Origin: Nitrosopumilus sp.
Lineage (GTDB): Archaea; Thermoproteota; Nitrososphaeria; Nitrososphaerales; Nitrosopumilaceae
Assembly: GCA_965203315.1 (NCBI GenBank)
Contig: OZ241857.1
Coordinates: forward strand, 1,248,001 to 1,312,000
DNA: 64,000 bases
Reading direction: 5' to 3'
Of the stretch, positions 61,732 to 64,000 are shown in pieces; the first letter of the stretch is position 1, and every line of letters starts with the position of its first letter. The notes below the pieces were generated by a model, which had not been told where the DNA came from, did no database searches, and was given only the letters and a program-made list of their open reading frames with translations. The position numbers and the translations under genes are program-made.

Positions 61732-62451
61732 TCATGTAAATATAGAGACAAGTTTAGGTAAAGCAGACGCGCTAGTATCTCTTATTATGATATCCATCTC
61801 TGGAGACATTGGAGTCTCATCTGGATTTATCTCAACAAGAATAGCACCATTCTGTTTTGAGACAGCTGGTAGCATATTCGCAGGCGAGACTACAAGTGAC
61901 GTTCCAACAATTATCATCATATCACAATGACTCGAACGTGCGATCGCAGTATTCCAGATATCCTGATCCAATGGCTCACCAAACCAGACAACATCTGGTC
62001 GTAAAAGATTTGTACATTTACAGATGGGAGGAACTTTGGTTATCTGTATATCATCTGTGATAAAATCACAGACGGTGCATCGCACTCTGGTAATATTTCC
62101 ATGCAGTTCGACTATATCATAACTACCTGCTCTCTGATGAAGACCATCGATGTTCTGCGTAATTACATGTACATCGATTAATCTTGACATCTCGGCGATA
62201 GCCACGTGACCTGCATTTGGTGTAGCAGCAACTATATTTTCTCGTCTCTCGCAATACCATTCCCACACCAGCTTGGGATTTGTATAAAATGCATCTATTG
62301 TAGCAAGCTGTTGTGCATCATAGTCTCTCCACAACCCATCCTTTCCTCGAAACGTTGGAATTCCACTCTCTTGCGAGATCCCAGCTCCTGTTACAAACAC
62401 CACTCGTTGAATACTATCTCGTATATCGCGGATACGATCAAACGGACTCAT
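61732..62451 (-). CDS. cobB: Sir2/CobB NAD-dependent deacylase
   Basis: TGAGISQESGIPTFRG, TQNIDGLH, LHG, RPDVVWFGE, GTSL. Confidence 0.94.
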   Translation of the reverse strand: MSPFDRIRDIRDSIQRVVFVTGAGISQESGIPTFRGKDGLWRDYDAQQLATIDAFYTNPKLVWEWYCERRENIVAATPNAGHVAIAEMSRLIDVHVITQNIDGLHQRAGSYDIVELHGNITRVRCTVCDFITDDIQITKVPPICKCTNLLRPDVVWFGEPLDQDIWNTAIARSSHCDMMIIVGTSLVVSPANMLPAVSKQNGAILVEINPDETPMSPEMDIIIRDTSASALPKLVSIFT

Positions 62452-63344
62452 ATCTCAATCTCTAATAGATCTCGTGCTGCAACTACAGACTCGTGTACCT
62501 CACTTGCCTCTCTAAGATGTTCTATCTCATCCTTGTAACGGGCCGAAAAGTGAGTTAGTATGAGATTCTTTACACCAGCATTCTTTGCAAGAGTCGCTGC
62601 CTGCCTAGCTGTAGAGTGACATGTATCGAGAGCTTTCTGTTGTGTTGCATCTAGAAATGTTGAATCAAATACTAGATAGTCACATCCTTTAAAGAAGGAC
62701 TCTAGCTCAGCAGACGGCATAGTGTCTCCTGAGACTCCAATCTTTTTACCAGCTCGGCTAGGACCTAGAACTTGATCTGGTCGTATATCTGTACCATTTA
62801 TGGTAATGTTATCTCCTTGTTGTAATTTGCTCCAGAGTCTTCCTTTTGGAATACCTAACTCTAATGCCTTTGCAGTATTAAATCTCCCAGCTCTTGGCTT
62901 CTCTTCAAATCTATATGCAAAACAAGTAATTGAATGATTAGCTTTGACGGCATGAATTGTATATTCTTGCTCGTCACATATCATACCGTTATCTACTATA
63001 CCGATAAAGATCGGAAACGATAATCCAAAGTTTAAAATTTTAATATTTGCAGATATGAACTCTTCAATTCCTTTAGGTCCAAATATCTCAATCTTTTCTG
63101 TTCTTCCATGTAGTGACATAGTTTGTAGTAGACCCAGTATTCCAATACAGTGATCTCCATGTAGGTGTGTTACTAGAATCTTCATCTTTTTATTCCAACC
63201 AAATCCAGATCTCATAAAGGCCATCTGAGCTGCTTCGCCTGCATCAAACATTAGAATCTCACCGTCTCGTTCTAGACATATGCACGACAGACCTCGTTCT
63301 TTGGTGGGATGTGCTGCAGACGTTCCCAAGAATACTAGTCTCAT
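62448..63344 (-). CDS. rnz: Ribonuclease Z
   Basis: FLGTSAAHP, THLHGDH, GDT, HST, LTHFSARY. Confidence 0.95.
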   Translation of the reverse strand: MRLVFLGTSAAHPTKERGLSCICLERDGEILMFDAGEAAQMAFMRSGFGWNKKMKILVTHLHGDHCIGILGLLQTMSLHGRTEKIEIFGPKGIEEFISANIKILNFGLSFPIFIGIVDNGMICDEQEYTIHAVKANHSITCFAYRFEEKPRAGRFNTAKALELGIPKGRLWSKLQQGDNITINGTDIRPDQVLGPSRAGKKIGVSGDTMPSAELESFFKGCDYLVFDSTFLDATQQKALDTCHSTARQAATLAKNAGVKNLILTHFSARYKDEIEHLREASEVHESVVAARDLLEIEI

Positions 63345-63347
63345 GTA

Positions 63348-64000
63348 TTATACATCCATCAATCTCTTATGCTTGCATAATTTAGATATTGCAGATAGGA
63401 TCGAGTCAGAGACATCAACTTGTGATGTATCTCTAGGAATTGTATTGGCACTAATTATCTTGGTTACTCCGGCCTTTCGCATCTTGGTCTTTGCTGAACC
63501 AATCAACAATGCATGTGTACATACAACATAGACTCGTTTACAACCCAACCTCTTAAGAAACTCTGTGGCCTTGATGATACTGCCACCAGTACTTATCATA
63601 TCATCTACTAGTACTACATTCTTACCAACTACCTTGTTGCTACTCTTCGTCACTATCTCTACTAGTCCAGTCTCTCTATCCCGCCTCTTTTGTAGTATCA
63701 AATATTCCGTATTGATCAAGTCTGCAAACTCTATCGCACGTTCCCTCCCTCCATGATCTGGAGATACAACGACTACATCTTTGATGCACAACTTTGTAAA
63801 ATACTCAGCAAGGACCGGAACTGCGGTGACATTTACAACCTTGATTGGAATGCATTGTAATCCAACCATACTGTGTATGTCTACTACGATTATGTTGGAT
63901 ATACCTACACTCTTGAAGAGCCTTCCAAGAACTTGGAGCGTTACGACTTCGCCTTGTAGAAATGCCCTATCTTGTCGTGCATATCCCATATATGGAATAA
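63348..64000 (-). CDS. prs: Ribose-phosphate pyrophosphokinase (5' end beyond window)
   Basis: GYARQD, VDIHS, SPDHGG, VDDMISTGGS, CTHA. Confidence 0.93.
   Translation of the reverse strand, partial: IPYMGYARQDRAFLQGEVVTLQVLGRLFKSVGISNIIVVDIHSMVGLQCIPIKVVNVTAVPVLAEYFTKLCIKDVVVVSPDHGGRERAIEFADLINTEYLILQKRRDRETGLVEIVTKSSNKVVGKNVVLVDDMISTGGSIIKATEFLKRLGCKRVYVVCTHALLIGSAKTKMRKAGVTKIISANTIPRDTSQVDVSDSILSAISKLCKHKRLMDV

Overview
Chromosomal segment of an ammonia-oxidising archaeon (Nitrososphaerota/Thaumarchaeota, Nitrosopumilaceae-like). This call rests on the ESCRT-III/CdvB paralog, two TFBs, PolD DP1/DP2, Cdc6/Orc1, GINS, thermosome, GGGP synthase and CFI-box-CTERM protein. The window contains the likely replication origin (four ORB boxes next to cdc6), tRNA-Pro(GGG) and many core genes. 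It also carries many IS elements (IS630, IS66, IS481, IS6 and IS1595 remnants, MITEs) and accessory secreted proteins, including two S1 serine proteases, a pattern compatible with a host-associated lineage. Top leads: (1) a block of four uncharacterised putative DNA-binding genes beside oriC, one of them a membrane-anchored winged-helix protein, embedded in dense arrays of short motifs (GTTAA(C), ATCACA, ATATC); this is a candidate origin-tethering/segregation system. (2) An IS481 element carrying a 19-bp exact copy of an oriC ORB box. (3) A G12 tract between the TATA box and start codon of a secreted-protein gene (candidate phase variation). All calls are made by eye from the sequence and ORF track; no database searches were run.
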